Below are positions 30,801 through 45,800 of a DNA stretch of 64,000 nt, piece by piece. Position numbers and translations under genes: made by a program. The DNA comes from Tubiluchus corallicola (Eukaryota; Animalia; Priapulida), in NCBI GenBank assembly GCA_030141605.1, contig JAQGDQ010000027.1, forward strand, positions 434,001 to 498,000. Reading direction: 5' to 3'. Every line of letters begins with the position of its first letter. Within the stretch, counting starts at the first letter, position 1. Below the pieces are notes generated by a model. It was not told the DNA's origin. It did no database searches and worked only from the letters and a program-made list of their open reading frames with translations.

Positions 30801-33800
30801 AGTAGTATTAATATGTCAATATCTGACAATGTTTGGCATCAAGGGGGTCAAAACACATGTTCTTTGAATATAATACATTTTTCATCTGATTGCACTATTC
30901 AGCTATATTGTTTGTTAGTATGTTTGCAAGATAACAAATATGTCTACAAAAATGTTAAAACCAAACGGCAAATTACAATGTGTTTAATAACACACTGGTG
31001 AAATGAAGATGAAAATGTTGTGGAGCCACCTAATGCTAATTGCTTTAACTTAAGAAACTTAAACAAAAATGGGGCTGTAGGGGTTTTCTGACCTATACCT
31101 TTGTTTTCCTGTTGTAAAGTAGCCAGTTGAGCCTTTAAATCCTTAACCGTCTCTTCTAAGAGAGTTTTGTCTGTTTTGCTAGCTGTATTCATAGCAGTAA
31201 CTGGTCGTACATTAGACAGCCGACTTTCTGCCGCAGCTAACGAAGCCTTGAGGGTAGATAACTCGACACACAGATCTTTGTTTTTATTGCTCGTTTCCAC
31301 AAGTTCATCACGAGTTTTTTGATGAGCTTCCAATTCAGATTCATATCTGTCGTGCATTTGTTTCAGCTGAGTCTGGAAATATTGACAAATGTATTATCTT
31401 AAATGTTCAAATGCTGACAAGAAACATGTTTAAGTAAGAGGAAATAAGGAAAAGACGGCACTAGATTAACATCTGTTGGTGCCCTAAGCACACCTAGCAC
31501 CTAGTATCCCGAGACTTCCGACTCTCTCTTTACCCCTGCAGCACCATGAGCACTTTTCGCGGCTCAAAGCTTACGCATTATGTAACACTTTAAAACAAGC
31601 TTCATTGCTCTATATAGGATTTATGTCACTTAAACGCTTTATTGACTGCAAAATTAAATTTTAATTAAATAAATCTGCTACAAAAAACGGAGGCATGCTT
31701 GCCAACAACAAAAAAGTAGTCATTTACAACACCAGAGACCACTAGTTATTGCCTTAGAATGACTTAACTAAGATAAGCATTAAGAACTTCCTAATAGCCT
31801 AATGTACTAAATAAAGTGAAAATATCAGTAACACTTTTCAATAACACTACGGCTAATGCAGTTATCAACTTTTCAGAAATAATAGCGAAGACATGATCGG
31901 TAATACTGTCAAATACATCAAAAAGAAAAATATCAGTACAACGCTAATATATAGAGGGTAGTTAATATATAATGCTATGGAAAAACAACTCAGCCATGGT
32001 GTCTAATTCCTCTGCAGTTCTCAACCTCACATTTTGAACGTTTGCAGTCATTAACAGGCTTTATTAAAATTTATCTGTTTTGAATTTGTTTTTGGCAGCT
32101 TGGTGGCCTTGAGCTTTCATGTCCTATGCACATCCTTAGTCTGCTTAAACGTTAATCCAGCCCTGGGAAAAGCAACCAATTAACAAAAACATTTTAAAGA
32201 TTCAAAATTTTCTTTCTTACTTGCCAGCCTTTATTTGCTGTTCTGTTGTGCTGGATTTCCTCATCCAGTTGGTGGCGGAGTGCAGTGCAATCTCTCTCCA
32301 GCATCTCAATGCGATTACCCAATCTCCTCTTTGTTTCTGTCTCAGATCTTTCTAAATTATTCTAAAACAATCAAAATTTCTTTTACTAAAAATCAATGAA
32401 CAAGGTAACATGCGCAATTTTTAAAACTAAAAAGAAAGGAATAAATATAACATCAGATAAAAATGGTTTTACCATGTGAATGTACTGGGTGTTTCAAAAC
32501 AAAACAGTGCACTACTAAAAGGTACAAGCAGACCATTATTACACCATATAAAGTTCAATAAGTTTGGTGATACCTAATTATACACACGAAAATGAAAATG
32601 ACGACATAAAAAATGTAATATTATTTTTACATCACTAATGATGTCTGATGGAGAAGTCAAGCTTCATTTTGCATTTTTATTCATATTTCTATTGCACCGT
32701 TTCTTTTGAAACAACCTGTACCTAACCTATGAGATTTTACAACTTGTATGAAATTATAGTACATAACATAGATTAATTCTTATTGACAAGAATAGGGACA
32801 ATTACGGGATTTTTATTCATTATTGTGTACATTTTAGTAAAGTTCACGGTTGCAAATAAAACCACCATGATGACAAAATAAACAAAAACAAGTACTTATG
32901 GAGAAAGCTAAAGTTCTCAGGCCTATTTGTCGCTTTCAGCTAATATCAAGAGAGCTAATATCAAGAGAGAATACTTTACCTGAATATTCTGCAGATTTGA
33001 CAGTAGTACATTTTGTCCTCTTTGCTCTCTCAATAAAGCATCCTTTTCAGCTAGAAGACGGCTTTCTCCCGATTTGAGAATGTCTCGCTCGGCTTTCAAA
33101 CCTTCGACTTCTGCTTCAGCAGATGACAACTTCTCTCGAATATTGGTTATTTCCTAAAAAATAATGCAAATGTCTAAAATAGCTAACCAAACCAATGTCT
33201 TTAAAACACTGAAAGAAAAAAGTTTTGTCGAAAATGTGTCCTTTTTAATAATCCAAGAAACCCACAAAACTAAATACTTTGTGCAGTAGGAAACTTCTGA
33301 TGCCCTGAAGGGTGAGCTGTAATGTAATATCAATATTCACTCCTTAGTGATAATAAACGATGAAACTAATTTAATCTTAATTCTATTCAAAAATTTTCTG
33401 TTCAAAAATTCCAAATATCCCAATGTCTCAATTATATGTCAATACAAGTGTGTTAGCTGCTACATTGGTAAAACTCCAAGACATTAAAGTAAGAGGTTGC
33501 GAAAACTGGCAAAAGATTAATCAATCACCCCAAATTTAGCAGTTTTGAATCATATTCTTGACAATAACCAACTACATCTTCTAGTATAAAAATCGTTGCT
33601 TTAAGTAGAAATAGCTTCATTTTTATTTTAAGAATTCTTTTAGCATTTTTTAACATTTCTTCATTTCGTGGCATACTAGACGTGATAATTGTCTAACATA
33701 CATGTGTCAGGGTGCTGACATTTGTCTGATATTTGATCACATTGGATGAAAATTTCTGATTTTTCTCTTTTAGAGCTGTAATTTCCTTCTTGTAGTTCTC

Positions 33801-36800
33801 TACATTGGACTGCAGAATCTTGTAACGCTCGTGCGCAAATTCCAACTGGGAGGACAACTGCCCATTCTGTATGCGCTGAGAGGAAACATCACTGCGAAGT
33901 TTGTCCAACTCTTCAGCATTAATTCTGCGTTAAATAGAAATACATCAAAAATGTTTTTTTTTATAAAAAATATGTATTATGTATTAATGAAAAGGTTTAC
34001 AAGCAGTCATATAGAAAGTACTACCTTTAGTGTGTTTTACACTTAAATGGTTCGAAGACAGATTCTATTAGGGTTGTGGACAATGGTGAAAAATCTATCC
34101 AAAATTATTGTGCAAACAAATTTCTGGATCCATCCTGGATTAATTCAAAAATTAGAACATGAATTTTTATAATAAAATTGAAAAATTATGAGCTAAAGGT
34201 TCTTGCTTTTTAACATCAAAGGAGGCATTTCTAGGTTTATATTTTATTCCCATATCTGCCTAGCATCACCTTTGAAACAGTTCTCTTTTAGTATAAAGCA
34301 AATGTGTACTGAAAACAACATAATAAGCCTTTTTATAGTTCCACTGATTGATGACGATCGTGAAAAGGTCGAAGATTAGGTGACTTAACAACGTTATTTG
34401 AACCAAACAACACATTTGTATACACTTGACAATGCCTCGAGGCCCATGCTATGGTATTAGTAACTATTCCTGGTGTTAATTTTTGCTTCAGTTATTTCAT
34501 TTTACATTGATTGCCGCTGTTATTTTGCTAACTGTTTTTGGATAAGAATAACATGCTAGTTTAAAACTACACGCATGCAGTATTATGATAAAAACAGCCA
34601 CACGTTTCACCAATTTCATCTAAATGTAGTTACATACATAAGGTCACGTGACCATCGTAGTTAAGAAAGATGCGGTTAACCACTGATCTACAGGAACTAC
34701 GTATGCACATAGTGAAACTGTGAAAAGGCTTATTACAAAGTGGACAATGACCATTGTAAATGATCAAAACAGATCAGTAAAAACTATACATCAAATTTAC
34801 CAAATTTTATCATTAAGGCAAAAGCAAAGAAGTAAAAGGGAAAACGCCTATTATAACACATCAAAACCAAACATACTTAGTGATGTCTGCTGCTTGAAGT
34901 TTATAATCTGTAAATTCCTTCTGAAGTTGCTCCAGAGCCGATTTAGCTGCCTGAATTTCAGCCTGTTTGGTGGCAGTTGAGCTTTTAGAAAGTAGGGGAG
35001 GAGATCCGTCATTTGAAATAGCCTACAAAATATAAGAAAACAGTATAGCAATTCAACCAAGAAAAACAGATAACCAACACTGTTCAGTACCTCACTTAAC
35101 CATAAAAACACTTCAAGCTTAAACAAAAGTAAAAGGCAACTTAGCCAGAAATAGTAACCATCGCTTTTTTGTTGCACAGTTGTTCTCCTCATTATAAATA
35201 TTAAAATGCCATCGAAATAATTCTACATAACAATAAATAAAAATTGGATTACAGACAAGATAAAGTCTTTTCATTATCCTCTCGTGTTGTATAACTAACA
35301 TTAAGAAAATTTACGCATTACATGTTAGATCTGACAATTTAGTGATTATTCTCAACAGCATAAACTGAATCTGATTACAACCAAAGCTAAGAGAAGTAAT
35401 ACAACAAAACCCTTTAGAAGAGCAGGGCTGTAATGAACATTTGTTTCAAGGTACTAGAAGAACGTAACGTGCTTTAAATATACATTTCCTATGAAACTGT
35501 AACTCAGCCTTGGCCACTGTTCTTCAAAATTACGCCACGTCATACAACATCGCTAACTTTGTTTTAGTTGTAAAAGATAACATTAAATGTCTTCATTAAA
35601 ATGATATACGTTAAACTATATAGTCGCAAAGCAATACTGCAACGACCACTTTCTGAATCGTAGTAAACACGTTTGCTCAGGTACGATAAACACATTTAAG
35701 GACACATCATAACAAAACTTACTATGTTTTCTCCTGTTTGACCAAGCAATACTTTGTACATGTCTCGTTGTCGTACAATAGACTCAACCTACATAATACA
35801 CAATGTACAAAAACACTTTACTTAATCATTTATTTAATACATAGTTCAAAAAATATTGACTATAAACAGTTATTTTAACAGTGCATAATTTCCTGAAAAA
35901 AAGCTGAGATCCCTAGAAAGAACTAAAAGCCACTCGTATATCCTGTATTGCCTGTAGGTACTCAACGTGCATGTAACATGCTCGTGCCTCTAAATAGACA
36001 GTGTATTACCACCTGCTACTATACAAATAAAATTGGGAAATGTGTTTTTGTGCTCCAGACCTCTTCACAAGTCTTGCCTATGTCAAAATAGATTAACCTC
36101 CCAGTCGAGGTACTCTAAAGTTTTGTTAATGTGCTGAAAAGCAAAAAAAAATGCTGCACATCAGCAAAATGTCAACGCTTCCGGAGAAAAATGACATTTT
36201 CATTCAGTATGGCTTCAAAGACCCTCCTTAAGTCAAAAGTTGAGATGACAAAAGTCATTTTTACATCTTATACAAAATGCTAATACTAATGTTGCAAATT
36301 GCAGTTATTGATAAGGTTTACCATTTCACTCTGCCTTTGTCTGGCTGCTCTCAATTCCTCCACATCTCGTGTTGCTATCTCAAGTTGATTCTGTAGTTCA
36401 ACAATTCTATAAACAAAAAATGCACATTTATAATGCAAAATAACGGAAAACTAGTCAATGTCAAATTTGTCAATAACAATAAACAAGAAATTCGGGAATA
36501 CTGGGATTTACCCCCTCTTAGCAACATGGAAACGGCCGTTACCTGCTGTTGGTTGTCGTTTTCTCTGCTTCCTCGTTCTTTTCACTCAGTTCCCTAACAA
36601 TAGTCAGTAAATGCTGATTCTGTTTTTGTAGTTCTTCTATATCCCTGCAAAACATATTGACACTATTAATTAATTAATACAATCTTAATTATTAAGATTA
36701 TTATTAACGATGATAATCCATGGATGTAAAATTGGCTGGTCACTACAACAGATGAATTTTGGACTGTTCTGACTGCTGGGGAACATGGTAGTGGGTGTAG

Positions 36801-39800
36801 TGGTTATAGCAGTTAAGGCATCTGCCTTACAAGCAGTAAGTCTGGGTTCAAATCCAGGCTGTGAAAACTTTTTCACATTTCCTGTTTTTCAAAGTTTGAT
36901 TCGAAAATTCAATTAACTACGTGTTTGTACCATAGCGTGTATGGTGTAAGGTACCATCAGGTAACTGTGCTATATCTAAAAACAAAAAATGTACGGTTCA
37001 CTACTGTTTTAGCAATTTCAGGTGCAAAAAAATCTTACTGAGTTCATCATATACAGCAATACAACTTGCTTCAAACTCGGTATAAAAAATTAATAGTTAA
37101 CGCCACAGCTAACATGAGATTCACCGTCTGAATTTTATCTGCTGAAAAAAATTTAAATAAAGTTCTACAAACAGTGTCTAAAATAGAAACAACAACATTT
37201 ATTTCAACTCACTTGAAAGTAACCAGTCGCTCGGAGATGACATGTGAACTGCTCGAAACGTCGGGATCTGAAACATCTTCCTCTTTCTCACCAGCAGTTA
37301 TGAACCCACCACGTAATTCTTCCACTTCTTGTAGCAATGTCTTCACCTGAAATATTAATAAGATTTCCAAAATTAGGTCAATGTAACTCGCTGAATTACA
37401 GATATAAGTACACTCTCAGAATTAATAATAAAAATATGTTCCACTACCTAAGACTAAATTGCAAAAAAGTTCTGTTGTCCAAGCCTTATTGTAATAATTT
37501 TGCAATAAAGTTTCACTTAAACAAATTTAGACAAACTAAGTATATGGACACAGAACAAAATCCTGAAGACTATATTAAAAACGGAAATAAACTTAGCGAT
37601 CCCATCTGGCCAACAAACACCATCTCTCACTAAAAAACTTTGACAATTTAATGCTTATTAAGCTAGCAGCTTTCTGTACAATAACAAAACTTAAGGACTG
37701 ACAATTATTAAAATGGAGACTGATGCCTTTCAGAAATATCTTCTCCACAAACTATTAAAAATAAAATATCCATTCATACTTATAAAGAAAGTACTGGATA
37801 ACAGATCTAAGTAAAAATTATTGGAAACCAAAAATCAAACTTAACACTCAGTATCCACAAAATACTAGACCATTCTGTGATAACGATGATAATCCTCAAA
37901 AAAAGAAATTCAGTAATTTAACAGTTACATCTAGCATTACTCATGGCTAAGCAAAGAGTCTACTGAATGCTATATTGACTAATTACAGCTTCCAATACAT
38001 GTTAAGAAGAAAATTCAAAAGCGGAATTTAAAACTGCATACAGAGCACTTGGCAAAAATAAACTGTTCAGAAAAATGGCAAGAACAACATCCTCTCAATA
38101 AGAAAATAATGTAAACATTATAGAGAGTTTTTCTCTATCTTCACTCATTAATGCATTATAGTCGACTTTACTTGTTGACTAAGATCTAGTGTCTGCTGCT
38201 TCAATCTGGAGCTCTCACGTTCAGCTATAACGCAACGGCGTTTTGCATCATCTGCATCCATGGTGACTTTCTGGAATTCCTAAAACAACCCATTAATTAA
38301 AAAAATAACAAATGACTTTTTTGTATTGAAACTCTTATAGCTGCTTGTCATAAGAAACAAACAAAAAACATCTATGTAAAAACAACTCTTTTTCTCACTC
38401 CCTCTCTTTCTCTCTCTCTTTACCCTCTCTCCTTTACTCACTCTTTTCTTTGCTCTCTCTCCCCCTGGCTTCCAAATATTGTGCATACTCTGCATAACTT
38501 CCTTAATTAAAATAAAATTCAGTTCACCGTGGCTTAACTCTATTCACCAAAATGTTGTTAGCCAATAATGTACTACATATGATATTTCTTATACACCTGT
38601 GTACACTGCTTGCTGTAAAGGCAGGGTCTACTCATGGAAATGTTCATTACATCACTGCAGCCTGAGTCACTATCAAGCGTATACACCTGAGACAAGACAC
38701 TGAACCAGATGAAGTGCCTCTGCAACGTTTGGCTATATATAGGTTTTACATGTCAAATGTAGACCTACGTTAACTCAAATGTAGATTTAGGTCATTCAAA
38801 TGTGTCTTGGTAACTCAAATGTAGACTTAGGTAGTTCAAATGTATTAACAATGGTTTTCAACAAATCTTGAGCGTTTTTGATAAGTCAAATGTAGACACA
38901 TGTCAAGTCAAATGAGTTTGACATTGGTATCTCAAATGTGGATAGGTGGTAAAGCTTAAGGATGTTAAATTTAATCTTCTTTAATTTCAATTAAATAATT
39001 GCTCCCAAGTTAAAATAACAACATTATAGGCCTACTAATAGATGCATTATCTTTGGTTTATCTTTTTCTAATTTGCACTTAAATAACTTAATTACCGATT
39101 TATTCAAAGTAATGCATCTACATTTGACTTACCTAAGTCACATTTGAACTTTCCTGTGTCTACATTTGACGTGTAAAACCTATATACATTCTCCCTCTGT
39201 GACCCGTAATCGGCCAAGTTAGTATCAAACTCACACACCACTAACCAATTTACATAAGTGCACTAACCCATTCATGTAAGTGCACCATAAAATTTATATA
39301 GATTGACTTATACTAGTCTCACCTGTAGAGTAGTTTGCTGATGAGTTGTTAGCTGTGTAACAGTCTCCAATGCCCTCTCATAATCTTCTCTCTGCTTTTT
39401 CAAAATTGGAGCCTTTTCTTCTATTTCCTGCAATATCTGCTCTAAATACTGATTCAGTCGCCTGTTTTCGTCTTTTTCCAACTGTAAGCTATTGCTCACT
39501 TCAACAAACTCGCTATAAATCTGCGTCAGTGTCATGCCAGATTTCAACACTCGACTTGTAGCAGCGGCTGTTGGATACTCAGTTTCTAATTCTTCCTTAG
39601 ACATTGGCAGAATAACTCCTCGTTGCCTAGCAGCTGCCAGAAGATCGTTGGCATTTTCCAGTTCTTTTTCAAGTTTTTCAGCTTGTCCTTGCAGCTCACT
39701 TATACGACTCTGTAGCTTGTTCGTGTCATTGGCATACCTTTGCTCGACGTCTGTGTGAGCGTTAGTTGCTTGTTGTAAGAGTTTCTGCAGTTCTTGCACA

Positions 39801-42800
39801 GCAGTACTCAGTTCGTTCACTTTGTTCTCAGATTCATCCGCAGAATTCTTATATAATCCTGCAAGTTTGATCTGAGCATCAAGTTCGGCTTGAAACTGTT
39901 GCTCTGTTTGACTGAAGTTACTGTGTGCATCTTTCAGCTTGTCTACTAAACTTTCAAGTCTCTTCTCTGTTTCGTTGTTGGTATTTCTCAGGGCAGCCGC
40001 ACTCTCTGTTAGCAACTTCAACTAAAAACAAATGAAGTGCTTATTTTTTATCTTACTTACCTTCACAAAAACTGGTATGGTGTTTGCATGTTAAAAATAA
40101 CAACAAAAACTCACAATTGGAGACACACTGTCTCTGGTTCAAATCCAGGCTGTATACTAACTTCTTCACATTTACTGTCTTTCAAGATTGATTGAAAAAT
40201 CCAATTATAATGTAGGTTTGTACATTAGTCGAAAATATAGAATGCCACAAAAATGGAAAAAAAATGTCTAAAAACCAATTTTAAGGCCTGTACAACCCCT
40301 ACAGATATTGAAGTTTTTTTTAACGCATTATTATCATTACATAAAGAATTCATAGTTATTATTAAACAAACAAAACTTAAAAATTAAATAATTGACATTT
40401 TTATGGCGAATTTCAAACATGTGCATTAAGTAATGTACTGATTTGTGAGTTTGTCAACAATGTAGAAAAAACCAAGTATTTAAGTAAGGAGCAAAATCAG
40501 TTCACTTCAATTTTCAAATGATTCTTTTTATTTTATCAGTATTTATATCCTCACCTCTTCAGTCTTCTCCTCCAACTCATGCTGCAGTTCTAATATTTTG
40601 TTTGCACTGTCGTTCCGTAAGTCGTGTAATTGATGATTCTTTCCACTCAAATCTTGTTTCAGGAAAGTTATTTGCTGTTCCAGCAGAGATCTCTCTTGCT
40701 CCCATCGCTTCTCTTTATACTGCCAAAAAGATCTTTAAATTAGAAAAGCAAAAAATGATAAAATTGTGTTGTGAAAGGGTTAATAATTTTCACTGTTATG
40801 TTTGACACTTTTGTCATAGGCTTTGCATCTATTTTACGTAAAGTTTTTGGTTACTTTACATATTTTTTCTACATGAATTTTTCTAATCACACTATTCATT
40901 TCCTCCTTACATAGTCTGATTACTTCTTTGTGTTTTTAATGGTACCACTCTGAGTCGCAGTTATGTCATAAACAGAAAGAACTTTTTTGCAAGCTTTTTT
41001 AGTTTAGCATGTCTGGAAAACACAACGTGGCTGCCTCATTTTACCCAGCTGCATAGTGACAAGTACTCAGACAATGTTAAAAACAGAAGCAAATAAACTA
41101 CTAGAGATAGGGAGCTACTGAGCAGTTTGCCGGATTTGATGATCAGCTTGGTTTTCATTTCTTTGGATTTCAAAAGGACTAGATTTTAAGCACTGTTTGG
41201 TAAAAAATCTCTGATTTCTGTTATGAAACTTCTGATTTAAAGAGTTGCACTTTGCAGTTACTATGAAACTAAAGTGTATTTCCATTCTACAAGCACTTCT
41301 ACCACTATAAAGCGGCTACTAACAGCGCGACAAAAAAGGAATGCTTACTATCACTGTAATATTAATATTATGGACAAGCAACACTGCAACAGCGTTATAG
41401 TGAAGAGGTTTAATTTTCCAAAACTGTCCATGGCACCACTCCAAAATTACACAGTTGTTATCTTATGAAAATACTTGCAAAGATAAATAGAGTAGGCCTC
41501 ATTTATTCTCTCACAGTTAATAGAATCAGTCACCTAACTGACTCAAAAACACTTGGCACAGGCACTCCTATTCAAATGTACATGACAACTGTCGGTAATT
41601 GACTCATATAACTCCGTATAATTGACTCAATATTTTTCCTTTGCATACCCAAAATAAGACACTTGCGTGTGCCCAAAGAGCTTTTACTGCTTTTGTGTCA
41701 TCTTTGCATACATTTTGTGCACTATAAAATACGTAGAAACAGTCATGTTGGGTATAGTTTTATTTGTAAGCAGGTAGAGTACGTTTATGATATGCGCTAA
41801 TACGTTAGCGTAGTGGTTTTGCTATGAATCTGTCACCCACTAGTCCCCTGCAGTTAACCTTATTGTTTCTGGAAGCTAAACATTTATATCACTTTTCCAA
41901 TCACTTTTTCTTTGTCGTTCTGCTGTTTTTCACAGGGGAAACAAGGTTATCACCAACTGCAGCTCAAGGTGATTAGGTGTTTTGGATGAATACGTGCAAT
42001 ATACAGCAACAGATTTTTAACGTTTTTATCATTATGACAATAAGCCAACCTCTTTGTGAAGAAATGAAGCAACCGACCTTGTATGAATTTTTGTAATTTT
42101 TAGTTGTAATAATCAGATTTGTGAGATTTTTTATTTTCTTTTTTTTATTAATCCACTTATATAAATTAGTATTCTTAAATCACTGCACATAGGAATTTCA
42201 TATTAATTTGTTTCTAAAATTCATTTAAAGCTTTAAAGTCTTTGAAATCCATGCATACTAAGATGATGAGCCATGACTCATACTTCTATAGTAGTAACGA
42301 GCTACGCCCGTCGGCTATTGAATCAGTCGGTTAATTGGGTCAAAGCATTTCCATCCCAAAGTGAGTCCATTAAGCCGCGCCTACTGTATAATGATTACTA
42401 CTAAATAACTTTAACTATCTGTAAGACAGTTACCACTAACATCACAAAGTGACAATATCAGAAAATATTATTTATCTGCTAATGATTCATCACTGTAATT
42501 TTTGTACAAGAACTTTAAAGAAAAATGACACAATACCTGCAAACTGATCTCTTGGGAGTGAATTTCATCAAGTTTTGCTATTGCCTCACATTTTGCATTG
42601 TTGGCCGCAGTTACCTTTTCTGACATTTCTTTGCACATCTCTGAAAGAATAGCAAAAAGTAAACAGTTTTATAACACATTTGAAACATACAAACAGTCTG
42701 TACACTCTTAGGTTATTTTTCAGGCAGATTCGATATGTACAAATATTCAGTTTTAAATGAATGTGGATCAAGGTAAAATGGAGGACTTTATCTGTAAGCA

Positions 42801-45800
42801 TTAAATTAGTACTTTTTTAACATACATTTCGTATTTTACTATTGTATGTCGCACGTTATTATTATATGTGTAGCTGTGTGTGTGTTACAAAATACTAAAA
42901 CATTTCCTAAAGCACAAGAAAACACTCAAAATTTTATATCAATGACATGATGTCTTTTTATTGCACACCTAGGCTGCATTAGCAGTATCGCTGTACAAAA
43001 CTTGCAAATTCCTGCGATGACCGTTAGGCACAGCCATTTTAATGGTAGGTCGTTTGAAACAAAAAGTTTGAATTACATTGTGTAAAGTTTGAAAAGATAA
43101 CCAGTACATTCGTAGTGCACTCTTTGCTAAGTAATACTAAGTAATGCTAAGTAATATAACTTTGTATGATAGTACTTTGGGATATATTTTAAAATTCCCT
43201 TTTCCCCTTTAAGCATTTTCTGAAACAGCCAAGCACACCACTAATTAAAGCCACAAATCGCCATTAGTGAGGTGGTAAACAGAATAGAGGATTTGCTAAC
43301 ATGACTGTCTTTCCATCTTCTTCAAAATGCCTTTAATTTTGCAATTATAAATTTTTTACTTAATCAATTTTTTTAAATTTAAATTACCACTGTCAATTCA
43401 CATCAGAGGAAGAAATGAAAAACAAAACTATTTATCCCAAAAAATTAAAAACAAAATAAAATAATACAAATGATACCGTTTAGTTTGTCAACTTCTAGAT
43501 TTTTCTTTTCCAGTAGCAGCACAAGTTCGCGTTTCTCGCTCTGCAGGTTCTCATTCGCTCGTGAAAGTTGCAGTTTTGTGTTCAACGTGGTTTCATGACT
43601 CTCCTTGACCTCCAGCAGCTCGGAGCTTGAATGACTCCATTTAGATTCTGCAGTAAAATGAATATATATAAACATTTCAATTGTAAGCAGATGATTTTAT
43701 TAATACTAGTTGCACGTAGGTGGTAAAAAATCTCGCTGGCAAAAATTTGTCCCCAAATGACAACTTTCGTATAAAGCAAACCGTGTCATTGCTAACCGCA
43801 CTAAACAAATGTTAGATGACATCTGACTAAATCTTTGCTTTCTATTAATCTGGGGCCGGATTCATGTACTGCACTTACGACAGTTTTATTGTCATAAGTC
43901 TGGTTTAGGCTTGTGGAAAAAATTGCATCAAATTCAAGTAGTTGTCTTGTCTCCTTAGACGTACCCTAGTTGCCATTAAGCTTCTGCATGACTAAGAAAG
44001 TTAAGTCAAATTCAAGTAGATGACTACTAAAAGTTGGTGCTACCAAAAGTTGCAATTCAACTTCTCTTTTCTTTTCTCTTTGATTCTATTCTCTTCCCTT
44101 CCCATTATTCCCACTCTTCTCTTCTCTACCCTTCCCACAATTCTCCTCCCCTCTCTTTTTTATCATAAAACTCTGTATGCAACGAAGTTGATCAACTAGC
44201 ATTTATGGAACCGTAGACTAGCAAAAGTGTCAAACAAATCTCACATTCACAAGAATGAATTTGCTAAACTTTGCTAAAGATTTCTGAATAAACATTATTA
44301 TGTGCTTTCCAAATTTATGATGCTAAAATCTCACCAAGGTCAATTATCTTAGACTTCAAATTCTCGTTCTCAGCTGCCGTGACATTTAACTGCGCTTTTG
44401 TCGCTGCGAACTGCGACTCCACTTCAAAATACTGTTGCTCTGTAACAATAATAAAAACAGAGTGAAGTCTATTATGGAAAATCAGAAAAATATAAACAAG
44501 TTTTAAAAATTTGAATACTTCTCAGAAAACTTGGCATTTCAATGAAGATTTGTTACTAAGCATTGAAATTCATTGCATAAGATGCTTATATGTGCAAAAT
44601 TATGTAATGTTTTACCAGCTGATTTTACATATCATAATAATCTTATTACAAAGTGTTCTGTCAGTAATGATTTTCTCATTAATTTTAATTTATTCACTGT
44701 TTTTTATTTTATTACAACAATACCATATATAATAAAACATGACATAATGACACAATATACATAGGATTTGTCATTAAAGCAATATTTTAATTTAAAAAAT
44801 GGACATGACATGATATTTAAATAAATTGTTGCTTGCATTATAGTCAGAAGCAATACACTGTTAGAACACGTTTTGAGTCAAATGTGTGGAATTTGATTAA
44901 CCACAATCCAATTAGGTAATATTTGAAATTGTGTAAAAAACTGTAAAAAGTGATGTTCTGCACACATGAAAGTGGTTTGTAAAGCAAATAAAAAATAGGT
45001 TTACAGCTGCAAATAATTTTTAACTTCCAAAAGTCTCATTTTTAAGCAGATTAATTATACCAAGTCCGCATTGCATTAGTGCGTGAAATCATAATAATTT
45101 GTTTTATAATAATATCAATTGTTGATGACTTTGTGCACAGGTAATTGCTGCAAAGAAAGTGCTAGGGTTGTTTTTGGATGGTGTGCAAATTTTTACATTA
45201 AAAAAGCCTAAATTAACTGAGGCAAACCAAGATCAACTTAGTCAACTTATTACTATTCAATGCGTTATGTTTTAGCATAAAAGGACATTAAAGAGCAAAA
45301 ATAGGCATAAGTTACTTGTCTATACTAATTTGCACATGTCGTTCCAAGAAGTTTATATTAAAATAGAAACACGGTGGTAGTGGAAAAAAAATCGATACAC
45401 TATTAGACCTAACGATCATTTTACAAATCAATTTAACATTTCAAATGTGTCTCCGATAATTACACTGGCAAGGCTTATGTATGGCATGACAGCAAAAACC
45501 ACCTTTACAGCAATATTAAAAACACATTGTTATTTGATAAATCTGTAAGAAATGGACATTTATGTAATCTTAACAGGAGGCAAAGACTTTCAAGCTCATA
45601 AAAAGTGAAACATGATAAATACATAATTCCTAGGCATGATCAGGATTAGTTAATCTATAACAATTCTTTGATTTGATTTTAATCATAAAGATGTCCCTAT
45701 GAATTTTCAAGAATAGAATATTCTACCAGTCCTTGTCATTGTCCTCACCCATGTTTGCCCATTGAGGGACTTGACAATGCTCAACATTTCCACAAAAATA

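Noticed and set aside
36795-36865. Functional tRNA-Val(TAC) gene
   Set aside because: The acceptor stem and D-arm do not pair properly, and the downstream body is shared with a second truncated copy, which indicates a SINE.
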